From Solirubrobacterales bacterium (GTDB taxonomy: Bacteria; Actinomycetota; Thermoleophilia; Solirubrobacterales; 70-9), in contig DATLQI010000038.1 of assembly GCA_035535295.1 (NCBI GenBank), forward strand, positions 95,973 through 159,972: a stretch of 64,000 bases of DNA, in the 5' to 3' direction. The notes beneath the pieces were generated by a model that had not been told where the DNA came from, searched no databases, and saw nothing but the letters and a program-made list of their open reading frames with translations. Positions 1-9,159 of the stretch are shown one piece after another. Numbering within the stretch: position 1 is the first letter of the stretch; each line of letters starts with the position of its first letter. A program made the translations under genes and the position numbers.

Positions 1-805
1 GCTGCTCGACGCGCCCCGCAGACGCGTGTACGTCGACCTCGACCCCGGCTTCACCCAGGCCTGGCACGCCGACCCGAGCCTCGAGTTCACCGTCGACGGT
101 CACGACCTCTACCTCACCGTCGGGCAGAACGTCGGCAAGCCGGGCTGCCCGGTTCCGGTTTCCGGGATCGAGTGGACCCCGACCCTGCCGCCCGTCCTGC
201 TCGACCGGTGGACGCCGGCGCCCACCCCGGAAGGGACCTTGACCTTCACCACCGTGGCGACCTGGCGCAGTCCGTATGGCGGCCTTGAGATCGACGGGCG
301 GGAGATGGGCCTCAAGCACCATCAGTTCCGTCGCTTCGCCACCCTGCCCGAACTGGTGGAAGGGGCCGAGTTCGAGCTCGCGCTGGACATCCACCCCGGC
401 GACGCGGCCGATCTCGAGATGTTGCGCTCGCACGGGTGGAAGCTCGTCGACCCGGGTGCCGCCGCTGGAACCCCGGAAGCCTTTCGCGAGTACGTCCGTG
501 GCTCCGGGGCGGAGTTCTCCGTTGCCCAGGGGGTCTACGTCGAAGCGGCGACCGGATGGTTCAGCGACCGAACCGCCGCCTACCTGGCCTGCGGCCGGCC
601 GGCGGTGGTGCAGGAGACCGGCCTGGGCGGGCTCGGGTTCCCGGGGCTGCAAGCCTTCGCCGATCTCGAGGCCGCGGTCACCGCGGCGGAAAGCGTCCGC
701 GACGGCTACGAGGAGCACGCGGCGGCAGCGAGAGCGTTCGCCGAAGGACACCTCGATTCCGACCGCGTCCTCGGTCGCGTCCTCGACCTGGTGGGAAGGG
801 GCTGA
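1..805 (+). CDS. glycosyltransferase-like protein, 5' end beyond window edge; tandem paralog of 810..1934
   Basis: Frame open from base 2. The product aligns by eye with the C-terminal half of the next gene (DLDPGF-Q-W, GWFSDR-A-YLA-GRP-V-QETG). The functional label is a weak family-level guess. Confidence 0.55.
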   Translation, partial: LLDAPRRRVYVDLDPGFTQAWHADPSLEFTVDGHDLYLTVGQNVGKPGCPVPVSGIEWTPTLPPVLLDRWTPAPTPEGTLTFTTVATWRSPYGGLEIDGREMGLKHHQFRRFATLPELVEGAEFELALDIHPGDAADLEMLRSHGWKLVDPGAAAGTPEAFREYVRGSGAEFSVAQGVYVEAATGWFSDRTAAYLACGRPAVVQETGLGGLGFPGLQAFADLEAAVTAAESVRDGYEEHAAAARAFAEGHLDSDRVLGRVLDLVGRG

Positions 806-809
806 ACGC

Positions 810-1934
810 GTGCCCGAGGGCCTGAAGATCCTTTTCGCCGGCATGGTCGCCGGCGATCCCCACCAGGGGGGTGCCACCTGGGCGGTCATCCAGTACGTCC
901 TCGGCCTGCGCGAGCTCGGCCACGAGATCCTCCTCGTCGAGCCGATCTCCCGTCAACGGCTCGAGGGCGACAGCCGGATCCTCCCCTACTTCCACGGTCT
1001 GGCGTGGCTTGAGGGCGGCGCCGCGCTCTGGGACGAAACCGAGGGCAGCGTCGACGGTCTCGCTTCCGAGCGGGTGCTCGATTTCGCCGCCGAAGCAGAC
1101 CTGCTGGTCAACGTCTCCGGGATGCTGCGGGACGAGCGGTTGCTGGGCTCGATCCCGGTCCGGGCCTTCCTCGACCTCGATCCCGGCTTCAACCAGGTCT
1201 GGCAGGAGACCGGCAGCGAGATGGGGTTCGACCTCCACACCCACTTCCTCACCGTCGGCCAGCGGCTGGGTGAGGCCGACTGTGCGGTGCCGGACTGCGG
1301 TCGCGACTGGCTGCCGACGCTGCCGCCGGTGGCCCTCCGTCACTGGCCGAGGGCGGCGGCGCCGCCGCGTGAGGACGCCTACACCAGCGTCGGCCACTGG
1401 CGCAGCTACGGCTCGGTCGAGCACGAGGGGATCCACTACGGGCAGCGCGCCCACTCGCTGCGACGGCTGATCGACCTGCCCCGCCGCTCCGACGCCCGTT
1501 ACCTGCTCGCCTTGGGGATCCATCCCGACGAGAAGGACGACCTCGAGGCGTTGGAAGCCAACGGCTGGGACCTCGTCGACCCCTACCGGGTCGCGGGAGA
1601 CACCTCTTCCTACGCCGAGTTCGTCCGCGGCTCGAAGGGGGAGCTGTGCGTCGCCAAGAGCGGCTACGTCGATTCCCGCAGCGGCTGGTTCAGCGATCGC
1701 AGCGCCTGTTACCTGGCGAGTGGCCGCCCGGTCGTCGCCCAGGAGACCGGCTTCAGCAGTCGCCTGCCGACCGGGGAGGGCCTGCACGCCTTCGTCACCG
1801 CGGCCGACGCGGCGGCGGCGGTCGAGACGATCGAGGCCGATCCGGCCAAGCATGCGAAGGCCGCGCGGGAGCTGGCCGAGGAGTACCTCGACTCCGCCAA
1901 GGTGCTGCCCCGAATGCTCGATCTGCTGAGCTGA
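810..1934 (+). CDS. glycosyltransferase-like protein (tandem paralog)
   Basis: GTG at 810 lies in the frame of track ORF 276..1934, 4 nt after the previous stop. The first 178 aa of the track ORF are an Arg/Pro-rich shadow of gene 1. Confidence 0.6.
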   Translation: MPEGLKILFAGMVAGDPHQGGATWAVIQYVLGLRELGHEILLVEPISRQRLEGDSRILPYFHGLAWLEGGAALWDETEGSVDGLASERVLDFAAEADLLVNVSGMLRDERLLGSIPVRAFLDLDPGFNQVWQETGSEMGFDLHTHFLTVGQRLGEADCAVPDCGRDWLPTLPPVALRHWPRAAAPPREDAYTSVGHWRSYGSVEHEGIHYGQRAHSLRRLIDLPRRSDARYLLALGIHPDEKDDLEALEANGWDLVDPYRVAGDTSSYAEFVRGSKGELCVAKSGYVDSRSGWFSDRSACYLASGRPVVAQETGFSSRLPTGEGLHAFVTAADAAAAVETIEADPAKHAKAARELAEEYLDSAKVLPRMLDLLS

Positions 1935-1938
1935 GGGA

Positions 1939-3120
1939 GTGAGAACCGCCTTCGCCGCCGTCTGCCTCGCGGCGCTCGCGCTCGCCGCGGCGGTGAGCGG
2001 TGCGCCGGCGCCCGCCGACTCGCTCGCCGGTCCGCGCCTGCGTCCCGTCGCTCCGCCGCAGCTGGTCTTCGACTGGAGCGAGGACGCCTGCGAGCCGAGC
2101 CAGATCCCCGACCTGCCGACGCGCGCGTTCCGCGACGAGAGCGGCCGCACCCAACTGCTGCTCTCGCACTTCCGCAGCTTTCGCATGGTCGGTCCTTCGC
2201 TGGACGAGCTCCACGTCGAATGCGATCCGGTGATGAGCTCGCGCCTCAGCGCTCGTCCCGGCCGCTTCCGGGACCGCGAGTGGATCGCATCGCTCTACAC
2301 CGTCGACGGCAGGGAGATCTGGGCCCTGGTTCACGACGAGTACCAGGGGAACCGCCATCCCGGCCGCTGTCCGAGCGAGACCTACATGCGCTGCTGGTAC
2401 AACGCGATCACCCTCGCCCGCTCCACCGACGGTGGTCGCACCTACCGTGTGGTCCGCGGGGCCCGTCGCCTCGTCTCCGCAGCTCCCTATCGCTATCGGC
2501 CCGACGTCGGTCCCAGGGGGGTCTTCGCTCCGAGCAACGTCGTCACCGGGCCCGACGGCGCCCACTACGCGCTGGCGAGGATCAGGGACGGGGCGGGCAG
2601 GCGGGGCACCTGTCTCCTCCGCACGACGCGCATCGGTCGCGCCGGCAGCTGGCGCGCCTGGGACGGAGAGGGCTTCGGCGGCAGGTTCTCCAACCCCTAC
2701 CGCTCCCGGCCGCGTCCGCGGATCCCCTGCCGGCCGGTGGGTAAGGGCCTGATCGCCGAGATGGGGGAAAGCCTCACCTACAACACCTTCCTCGGCGAAT
2801 ACCTGTTGGTCGGGCTCGCCCCGCCCGGCAAGCTCAGCCTGGGGCCGAAGAAGCCGGGGGTCTACTTCTCGACCTCACCCGACCTGGTCCACTGGAGCAT
2901 GCGCAAGCTGGTGCTCGGCGTGCCGACCAAGCAGAGCTTCCGCTGCGGCCAGCGCTCCCCCATCGCCTACCCCTCGCTCATCGACCCGGACAGCGGCTCG
3001 CGCACGTTCGAGACCAGCGGCCGGCACGTCTTCCTCTACTACACCCAGATGCGGTACCGAGACTGCCGGATCACGCCGGAGCGAGACCTCGTGCGGATGC
3101 CGCTGGAAGTCATTCCCTGA
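1939..3120 (+). CDS. exported protein with BNR/Asp-box motif (sialidase-like fold guess)
   Basis: GTG start preceded by GAGGGAG. Signal-peptide-like N-terminus MRTAFAAVCLAALALAAAVSGAPA. One Asp-box, STDGGRTY. Confidence 0.6.
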   Translation: MRTAFAAVCLAALALAAAVSGAPAPADSLAGPRLRPVAPPQLVFDWSEDACEPSQIPDLPTRAFRDESGRTQLLLSHFRSFRMVGPSLDELHVECDPVMSSRLSARPGRFRDREWIASLYTVDGREIWALVHDEYQGNRHPGRCPSETYMRCWYNAITLARSTDGGRTYRVVRGARRLVSAAPYRYRPDVGPRGVFAPSNVVTGPDGAHYALARIRDGAGRRGTCLLRTTRIGRAGSWRAWDGEGFGGRFSNPYRSRPRPRIPCRPVGKGLIAEMGESLTYNTFLGEYLLVGLAPPGKLSLGPKKPGVYFSTSPDLVHWSMRKLVLGVPTKQSFRCGQRSPIAYPSLIDPDSGSRTFETSGRHVFLYYTQMRYRDCRITPERDLVRMPLEVIP

Positions 3121-3145
3121 GCACCCCCGAACTATCATCGCCAGC

Positions 3146-4462
3146 TTGGCCGGTCCCACCATCGATCAGGTAGAGGTCGAGCACAACCCGGGCTTCGGAG
3201 ATCGCGGACGCGGTCAGATCCGTGGCATCGTCGACGGCGGCCTGCTGACGATCCAGGGCTGGGTCATCGGCAACTGCTCCCTGCCGGTCAAGATCGAGCT
3301 GATCGACGAGACCGGGGTTCACGTGGGGGAGGTCCCGATCGACCAGCGGCGAGACGACATCGCCGAGGCGTTCCCAGGTGTGCCGGGGTCCTCTTCTGCG
3401 GGCTTCAGGGGAACCGTGCGCCCTGCGGGCAGAGGTGCCGGGGACCTGCGAGTCCTGGTCGATTTCGACGAGGGGGAAGCAGTTGAATTTGCGGTTCTCA
3501 GATGCCAGATCCTGGCCGAGGACAGCGCCACGAGCCCCGTCGAGGAACCGGGGAGATGGTCCTTGGTCACGATCGACCGCGAGGCGGAAAAGGTCTTTGT
3601 CGGCAAGGAGGGATGGCTCTACCTGCGCCGCGACACCAACGACATCCTCGGCCAGCAGACGGGCCGCGTGAGGTTGAGCGACGAGCAGCTGTTGGGCTGG
3701 CGATCGGTGCTGCTGAAGCGGCGGGATGAGAGCAGGCGGCTGGGAGCACGGTGGTCCTGCCTGGTCGCGCCCGACAAGGAGTCGGTGTACCCCGAGTTCC
3801 TCCCCGATCCCATCTCCCCGGTGGCGCGGCGCCCGGTGCACGAATTCCTCGACGTCGCCGCCAGCGTCGGTGCGCCGGTCGGGTACGCCCTCGAGCCCCT
3901 GTTGCAGGCGAAGGCCGACTTCGACGTCTACTCCCGGACCGATACCCACTGGAACTTCCGCGGCGCCTATCTTGCCTACCGTGCCTTCTGCGCCGACCTC
4001 GCCCGGCAGGGGGTCGAGCTCGAGGCTCTGGGGGAGGATGACTTGGAGTGGGTGGATGCCGAGATCGAGGGCGACCTCGGCAGCAAGGTCCGCCCGGAGC
4101 CGATGCGGGGACCCACCATCAGGGTTGGCATCTCCCACCCGAGGGGACGCCTCTGCTTCGACAACGAGGTGAAGAACCACGGCCGGGTGATGTGCTTCGA
4201 GCGAGAAGGAGACGGACTCACCTGCGTGTTGTTCGGCGAGTCGTTCGCCAACTATCTGCTGCCCTTCCTGAAGGAGACGTTCAGTCGCCTCGTCTTCGTC
4301 CACACCAGCATGTTCATCCCCAGGATCCTCGAGCTGGAGCGCGCCGACGTCGCCCTCAGCCTGCCCCTCGAGCGGTTTCTGGTCCGCGTCCCGGATGACG
4401 CCAACGCCTTCGCAGAGCTGGAAGCTACGACCCTCCGCAAGGGTGGAGGCCTGCCCTGGTGA
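3146..4462 (+). CDS. AlgJ/AlgX-like DHHW-family protein (polysaccharide O-acetylation type)
   Basis: RTDTHWNFRGAY motif typical of DHHW/AlgJ proteins. TTG start 7 nt after a TATCAT -10-like hexamer. Confidence 0.7.
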   Translation: MAGPTIDQVEVEHNPGFGDRGRGQIRGIVDGGLLTIQGWVIGNCSLPVKIELIDETGVHVGEVPIDQRRDDIAEAFPGVPGSSSAGFRGTVRPAGRGAGDLRVLVDFDEGEAVEFAVLRCQILAEDSATSPVEEPGRWSLVTIDREAEKVFVGKEGWLYLRRDTNDILGQQTGRVRLSDEQLLGWRSVLLKRRDESRRLGARWSCLVAPDKESVYPEFLPDPISPVARRPVHEFLDVAASVGAPVGYALEPLLQAKADFDVYSRTDTHWNFRGAYLAYRAFCADLARQGVELEALGEDDLEWVDAEIEGDLGSKVRPEPMRGPTIRVGISHPRGRLCFDNEVKNHGRVMCFEREGDGLTCVLFGESFANYLLPFLKETFSRLVFVHTSMFIPRILELERADVALSLPLERFLVRVPDDANAFAELEATTLRKGGGLPW

Positions 4463-5616
4463 AGCCCCTCTCTGGCGCCCCGATCCCCTTCAACCGTCCC
4501 TTCGTCTCCGGTCGCGAGCTGGAGTACCTCGAGCAGGCGATCGCCGCGCGCCACCTCGCCGGCGGCGGCGAGTTCACGCGGCGCTGCCAGGAGTGGCTGC
4601 GGGGGCAGACCGGTTCGCCGCTGGCGCTGATCTCGCACTCGGCGACGGGGGCGCTGGAGGCCGCGATGATGCTGGCGGAGCTGGGGCCGGGGGACGAGGC
4701 GGTGATGCCGTCGTTCGGGTATCCGACGATGGCGACGGCGGTGGTGCGACAGGGGGCGACGCCGGTCTTCGTCGAGATCGATCCGGCGACGCTGAACGTC
4801 GACCCTGAGCGGATCGCCGCGGCGGTCGGGGAGCGGACGAAGGCGATAGTCGCCGTCCACTACGGTGGCGTCGCCTGCGAGATGGGGCGGCTGGGGGAGA
4901 TCGCCGCCGCGCATGAGCTGACCCTGGTCGAGGATGCCGCCCACTGCCTGCTCGCCGAGCAGGACGGGCGGGCACTGGGGGCGATCGGCGACCTCGGCGC
5001 GATCAGCTTCCACGAGACCAAGAACGTCACCTGCGGCGAGGGCGGGGTGCTGCTGGTCAACGACCCGGCACTGGCCGAGCGCGCGCAGGTGGTCTGGGAC
5101 AAGGGCACCAACCGCTCGCAGTTCCTCCGCGGCGAGGTCGACCGGTACACCTGGGTGGACGTCGGCTCCTCCTTCGGCGCCAGCGACCTCACCGCCGCCT
5201 TTCTCCTCGCCCAGCTGGAGGCGGCTGAGGAAGTGACGGCGCGGCGGCGGGCGATCTGGGACCGCTACCACGCCGCTTTCGAGGATTTGGAGCGGGAAGG
5301 GCGAGCGCAGCGGCCGGCGACCCCGCCCGGCAGCCTCCACAACGGCCACGTCTACTACCTGGTGCTGCCGAGCGAGGAGACCCGTTCCGCCTTCATCGGG
5401 CGCCTGCGCGAGCAGGGGATCGCCACCGTCTTCCACTTCGTCCCGCTCCATAGCTCGCCCGCTGGCCAGCGCTTCGGCCGCGTCGAGGGACCGCTCGACC
5501 ACACCGAAACGATGGCCGGGCGGCTGGTGCGGCTGCCGCTCTTCGCCGAGCTCGGCGACGGCGACGTCGAGCGCGTAATCGAGGCCGCCCGTGCCGCCGT
5601 CCTCGAGCTGACCTGA
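4459..5616 (+). CDS. DegT/DnrJ/EryC1-family sugar aminotransferase, WecE-like
   Basis: Near full-length resemblance to dTDP-4-amino-4,6-dideoxygalactose transaminase as I remember it (IPFNRP, GGGEFTRRCQEWL, VHYGGVACEM, SFHETKN, KGTNRSQF, YTWVD-GSS). 4-nt overlap with the upstream gene. Confidence 0.9.
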   Translation: MKPLSGAPIPFNRPFVSGRELEYLEQAIAARHLAGGGEFTRRCQEWLRGQTGSPLALISHSATGALEAAMMLAELGPGDEAVMPSFGYPTMATAVVRQGATPVFVEIDPATLNVDPERIAAAVGERTKAIVAVHYGGVACEMGRLGEIAAAHELTLVEDAAHCLLAEQDGRALGAIGDLGAISFHETKNVTCGEGGVLLVNDPALAERAQVVWDKGTNRSQFLRGEVDRYTWVDVGSSFGASDLTAAFLLAQLEAAEEVTARRRAIWDRYHAAFEDLEREGRAQRPATPPGSLHNGHVYYLVLPSEETRSAFIGRLREQGIATVFHFVPLHSSPAGQRFGRVEGPLDHTETMAGRLVRLPLFAELGDGDVERVIEAARAAVLELT

Positions 5617-5618
5617 AG

Positions 5619-6602
5619 ATGAGCGCGCCGAGCGACGCCGAGCTGCGGACTGGGCTGGAGCGGGCGCTGGTCGGAGCCGGGCTGGAGCTAGCTGGCGCGG
5701 TCGAGCGCCGCCCCTCGTCCTACCGGACCAGCTTCCCGATCGAGGAGCTGCGGTTCGAGGTGACGGAGAGAGGAGAGGTTCGAGCGGGCTTCAAGCAGCT
5801 CGAGTGGGACCGGCTCGAGCCCGGCGCCCAGCTCGCCAAGCCGCGCTTCCTCCACGACCCCGAGCGCGAGCCCGAGGTCTACCGCGCGCTGCTGCCACAG
5901 GCGCCCGCCGGGCCGCCCGAGTTCTTCGGCTCGGTGCTGGAGGCCGGCCGCTGCTGGCTCTTCGTCGAGTGGGTCGAGGGCCGGGAGCTGTTCCAGGTGG
6001 GGGAGAGGGAGCTGTGGGAGGAGGCGGCGCGGTGGCTGGCGCGCTTCCACGTCGCCATGGCGCCGGAGTGGGAGCGGCACCGCCGCGAGGCACGGCTGCT
6101 CGACCACGACGCCGCCTTCTACCGCCGCTGGACCGAGCGGGCACGCGAGTTCGCCGCTGACCCGAAAAGGATCGAATGGCTGGCCGCCCGCCACGAGCGG
6201 GTGGTCGAGGCGCTGCTCGCCATGCCCCGGACCGTGGTCCACGGCGAGTTCTACGCTTCGAACGTGCTCGTCGCTTCCGACTTCGAACACACTTCAGTGG
6301 GGCGAAAGCCGGATACCCGTGTCGCCCCGGTCGACTGGGAGCTGACGGCGGTTGGCACCGGCCTCAGCGACCTCGCGGCCTTGGTCAGCGGCTGGCCGGA
6401 GGGAGACCGGGAGGCGATCGCCGCGGCCTACGCCGCCGAGTCCGGCGTCCCGAGCTTCAGCAGGCGCGACCTCGACCTCGCCCGGCTCCAGGCTGCGATC
6501 CAGTGGCTCGGGTGGGCGCCCCCGGCGTGGGAGCCGCCCGAGGGGCAGCGGCACGACTGGCTCGGCGAGGCCGTCGCGCTGGCGGAGGGGCTGGAGCTTT
6601 GA
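5619..6602 (+). CDS. phosphotransferase (APH/choline-kinase-like) family protein
   Basis: VVHGEFYASNVLV catalytic-loop-like motif and PVDWE segment. Sits in a sugar-modification context. Confidence 0.7.
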   Translation: MSAPSDAELRTGLERALVGAGLELAGAVERRPSSYRTSFPIEELRFEVTERGEVRAGFKQLEWDRLEPGAQLAKPRFLHDPEREPEVYRALLPQAPAGPPEFFGSVLEAGRCWLFVEWVEGRELFQVGERELWEEAARWLARFHVAMAPEWERHRREARLLDHDAAFYRRWTERAREFAADPKRIEWLAARHERVVEALLAMPRTVVHGEFYASNVLVASDFEHTSVGRKPDTRVAPVDWELTAVGTGLSDLAALVSGWPEGDREAIAAAYAAESGVPSFSRRDLDLARLQAAIQWLGWAPPAWEPPEGQRHDWLGEAVALAEGLEL

Positions 6603-7324
6603 GCGAGGAGCGCTTCCTCGTCGTCAACGCCGACGACCTCGGCCTCTCCGCTGCCGTCAACGAAGGCATCTTCCGGGCGCACGCCGAGGGGGTGGTCACC
6701 AGCGCCAGCCTGATGGTCCGCCAGGGCGCTGCGCCGGCCGCGGCGGAGGCCGCGCCCGCACATCCCGCGCTCGCGATCGGGCTCCACATCGACCTCGGCG
6801 AGTGGAACTACGAAGACGGCGACTGGACCCTCGCCTACTCGCACTGCGACTTCGACGACCCGAAGGCGGTCGAGGCCGAGTGCCGGGCTCATCTCGAGCG
6901 CTTCCGCGCCCTGCTCGGCCGCGACCCCACCCACCTCGACTCGCACCAGCACGTGCACGAATCCGAGCCGGTCGCGGGCGTTGTCGAGGCGCTGGCCGCC
7001 GAGGTCGGCGTCCCCCTGCGCAATCGGGCGATCCGCTACGAGGGGGGCTTCTACGGCCAGGGCGGCAAGGGCGAAGCCTTTCCCGAGGGCATCGCCCCCG
7101 AGCGGCTGGCCGAGCTGATCCGCGAGCTACCGCCCGGCTGGACCGAGATCGGCTGCCATCCTGCCGCTGGCCCAGTCCCGACCTCCTCCTACGACGCCGA
7201 GCGCCAAGTCGAGCTGCGAACCCTTTGCGATCCGTCGATCCGCGAGGCGCTCAATGTGACAAACGTCAAGCTGTGCTCGTTCGCACAGGTAGATCGCCTC
7301 TGGCGGCGTACCTTCGATACATGA
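6599..7324 (+). CDS. ChbG/HpnK (YdjC) family carbohydrate deacetylase
   Basis: TTG at 6599 overlaps the upstream TGA. N-terminal FLVVNADDLGLS, then HLDSHQHVH. Confidence 0.8.
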   Translation: MSEERFLVVNADDLGLSAAVNEGIFRAHAEGVVTSASLMVRQGAAPAAAEAAPAHPALAIGLHIDLGEWNYEDGDWTLAYSHCDFDDPKAVEAECRAHLERFRALLGRDPTHLDSHQHVHESEPVAGVVEALAAEVGVPLRNRAIRYEGGFYGQGGKGEAFPEGIAPERLAELIRELPPGWTEIGCHPAAGPVPTSSYDAERQVELRTLCDPSIREALNVTNVKLCSFAQVDRLWRRTFDT

Positions 7325-7428
7325 TCCGTTCCGCCCCACCCGCTCCGGTCAAGACCGCCGTGCTCACCCTCCTGATCGCCGTGGTCATCGCCGTGCTGGT
7401 CGCCTCCGGCGCCGGCTTTCAGGCCTGA
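7321..7428 (+). CDS. small single-TM membrane peptide (35 aa)
   Basis: ATG at 7321 overlaps the upstream stop (ATGA). Hydrophobic core VLTLLIAVVIAVLVA. No family recognised. Confidence 0.35.
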   Translation: MIRSAPPAPVKTAVLTLLIAVVIAVLVASGAGFQA

Positions 7429-7429
7429 C

Positions 7430-8422
7430 CTACCGCTCGGCGCCGGCCCGAGCCTTCGCCGGGCAACTGTCGACCGGTATCACGTTGTCGTACGGCCCAT
7501 TGGGGAGAGCGGTGGGCTTGTCACCTGCTTCCACCCTGAGCCCGTTCTGGCCGTTGACGAGGGAGCCGCAGATCGGCTTGCCGGTCGCCGGGGTGAACAG
7601 CACGGTGGCACCGGTCGCCCCCGATTCCGGTCCCGGCCCCGCCCAGGTTGCCGCCACCGCCCCCGCCAGCACGATTACCGCCACCACGGTGAGGACCCGG
7701 GACCAACGGAGCTGACCCTTGGCCGCTTCCGCGGACTCTCGCTCTGATCTGCGTAGAGCGGAGCCGCTCGGCCGTTCCAGGTTCTTCGGAGTCCCCTGTG
7801 CCGCGAGTGCGACCAAGACCGTCGCGATGACCGCGAGCGCGAAGGCCACCGTCAGCAGAGCGGCGGTCAGTCGCTGGACGTGGTCGGGCAGCTCGGCGAG
7901 TTCGTCGGGCCCCTTGATGACTAGAACAGTGGCGACGAGAGCCAGCAGGGCAGCCAGGGTCGCGGCCCATTTTTCTGCCGCGCCACGGACCTTGGTGAGG
8001 GTTTCGAACTCGAGCTCTTCCGCCCGTTTTTCCCACTTCGCCTCTCGCTCGCCGACCGGAGCAGGGCCGAGGACCTGCGGCTCCTTGCCCTTTGCGACTT
8101 CGATCTTCGCGCCCCAATAGGCGCCGCACCCCCTCGCCTCCGCAGGTCCCCCCGGATGCGGCATGTCGCAGTTGCAGCGAACCACGTAGCTCTCCGTCGT
8201 GGCCGGCGCGGCGGCGGTCGCCTCCTCCAGCACGATCACATCGTCGGCGATGAACTTCGTAGCCGGGTGATGGCAGACAGGACACTCCCCGACAAGCTCC
8301 CACCCGTCCTCCAACCGCTCCGGCTTCCACGCTTTCATCGCCTCGGCCCCCTCTCTGAACGAGGTCGCCTTGTAAGGCTTCGGTTTCGGCTCCTTAGCTT
8401 CATCCCGCGGCTCGGGGGTCAT
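7430..8422 (-). CDS. membrane protein with N-terminal Cys/His-rich segment, function unknown
   Basis: CPVCHH...CNCDMPH segment followed by 3-4 hydrophobic helices. Leaderless-type promoter lies directly upstream. Confidence 0.65.
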   Translation of the reverse strand: MTPEPRDEAKEPKPKPYKATSFREGAEAMKAWKPERLEDGWELVGECPVCHHPATKFIADDVIVLEEATAAAPATTESYVVRCNCDMPHPGGPAEARGCGAYWGAKIEVAKGKEPQVLGPAPVGEREAKWEKRAEELEFETLTKVRGAAEKWAATLAALLALVATVLVIKGPDELAELPDHVQRLTAALLTVAFALAVIATVLVALAAQGTPKNLERPSGSALRRSERESAEAAKGQLRWSRVLTVVAVIVLAGAVAATWAGPGPESGATGATVLFTPATGKPICGSLVNGQNGLRVEAGDKPTALPNGPYDNVIPVDSCPAKARAGAER

Positions 8423-8428
8423 GCGCCG

Positions 8429-8457
8429 AACTTATGCACACGATCAATTGCAGTCAA
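8429..8457 (-). promoter_or_regulatory. housekeeping-type promoter TTGACT-N17-TAAGTT, leaderless
   Basis: On the minus strand: TTGACT, 17 nt, TAAGTT, then 6 nt to the ATG at 8422. Confidence 0.55.
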
Positions 8458-8499
8458 GTACACACAATTTTGTCTTGGTAATCGTGTAGAGGGCGCTCA

Positions 8500-9111
8500 T
8501 CAAGGCCGGGTCGTGAGCACCATCGCGCAGTAACCCTCGGCGATCTCGGCTGACGAGAGGCGGCCGCCCGGCCGCACCCACTGCGGCGTGTAGTTGACCA
8601 TCCCCAGCAGGGCGAGGAGGGAGAGGCGGCGGTCGGCGAAGGTCATCGAGCCGTCGGCCTCACCGCGGGCGAGGACCTCGTCGAGGATCTTCTCGAAGGC
8701 CTGGCGCTGGGAGCGGACGCGGCGCCAGCGGGGCTCGCGCTCGATCGCCTGCCGCTCCTGGGTGAAAACGAGCATGTGGTGGCGGTGCTCGACCACGTGG
8801 TCGACCCAGGCCTCGACCAGGTCGCGCAGCTGCTGTACGGCCGGCGCTTCGGCGGTGAGGATCTCGCGGGCCTGGGCCAGCAGCGGTTCCAGCAGCTCGT
8901 CGCAGATCGCGATCAGGAGGTCGTCCTTGCCTTCGATGTAGTGGTAGAGGCCACCCGCGGCAAGCCCGGTCGCCTCGGTCAGCTCGCTCATCGAGGTGGA
9001 GTCGTAGCCGCGCTCGGCGAAGAGCTCGGCGGCGGTGGCGACGACTTGGCGGCGGCGGGCCTCATAGCGGGCGCGCAGGGCCGGGCGCGTGGGAGGGGAG
9101 GGAACCGGCAT
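8500..9111 (-). CDS. TetR-family transcriptional regulator
   Basis: HTH segment AAELFAERGYDSTSMSELTEATGLAAGGLYHYI. ATG at 9111 is preferred over the track start 9186, which would overlap the divergent gene. Confidence 0.85.
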   Translation of the reverse strand: MPVPSPPTRPALRARYEARRRQVVATAAELFAERGYDSTSMSELTEATGLAAGGLYHYIEGKDDLLIAICDELLEPLLAQAREILTAEAPAVQQLRDLVEAWVDHVVEHRHHMLVFTQERQAIEREPRWRRVRSQRQAFEKILDEVLARGEADGSMTFADRRLSLLALLGMVNYTPQWVRPGGRLSSAEIAEGYCAMVLTTRP

Positions 9112-9126
9112 TCCGGCGAGGGTATC

Positions 9127-9152
9127 GAATACCGAACGTTGATTCGGTATTC
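9127..9152. promoter_or_regulatory. TetR operator candidate: GAATACCGAA-N6-TTCGGTATTC
   Basis: Perfect 10-bp inverted repeat in the 48-bp divergent intergenic region. It overlaps the TATTCT (plus) and TACCCT (minus) -10-like hexamers, which lie 6-7 nt from the two start codons. Confidence 0.65.
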
Positions 9153-9159
9153 TGCGCGG

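Noticed and set aside
678-2186. Long antisense or alternate-frame ORFs throughout the window. Examples: 678-2186(-), 9400-10938(-), 11151-12863(-), 19001-20614(-), 24243-26273(-), 33660-36014(+), 39259-41187(-), 60834-62693(+).
   Set aside because: They are Arg/Pro/Gly/Ala-rich translations with no recognisable domains. Each lies opposite, or out of frame to, a gene with a clear family signature. This is the typical stop-codon-poor shadow ORF of a high-GC genome.
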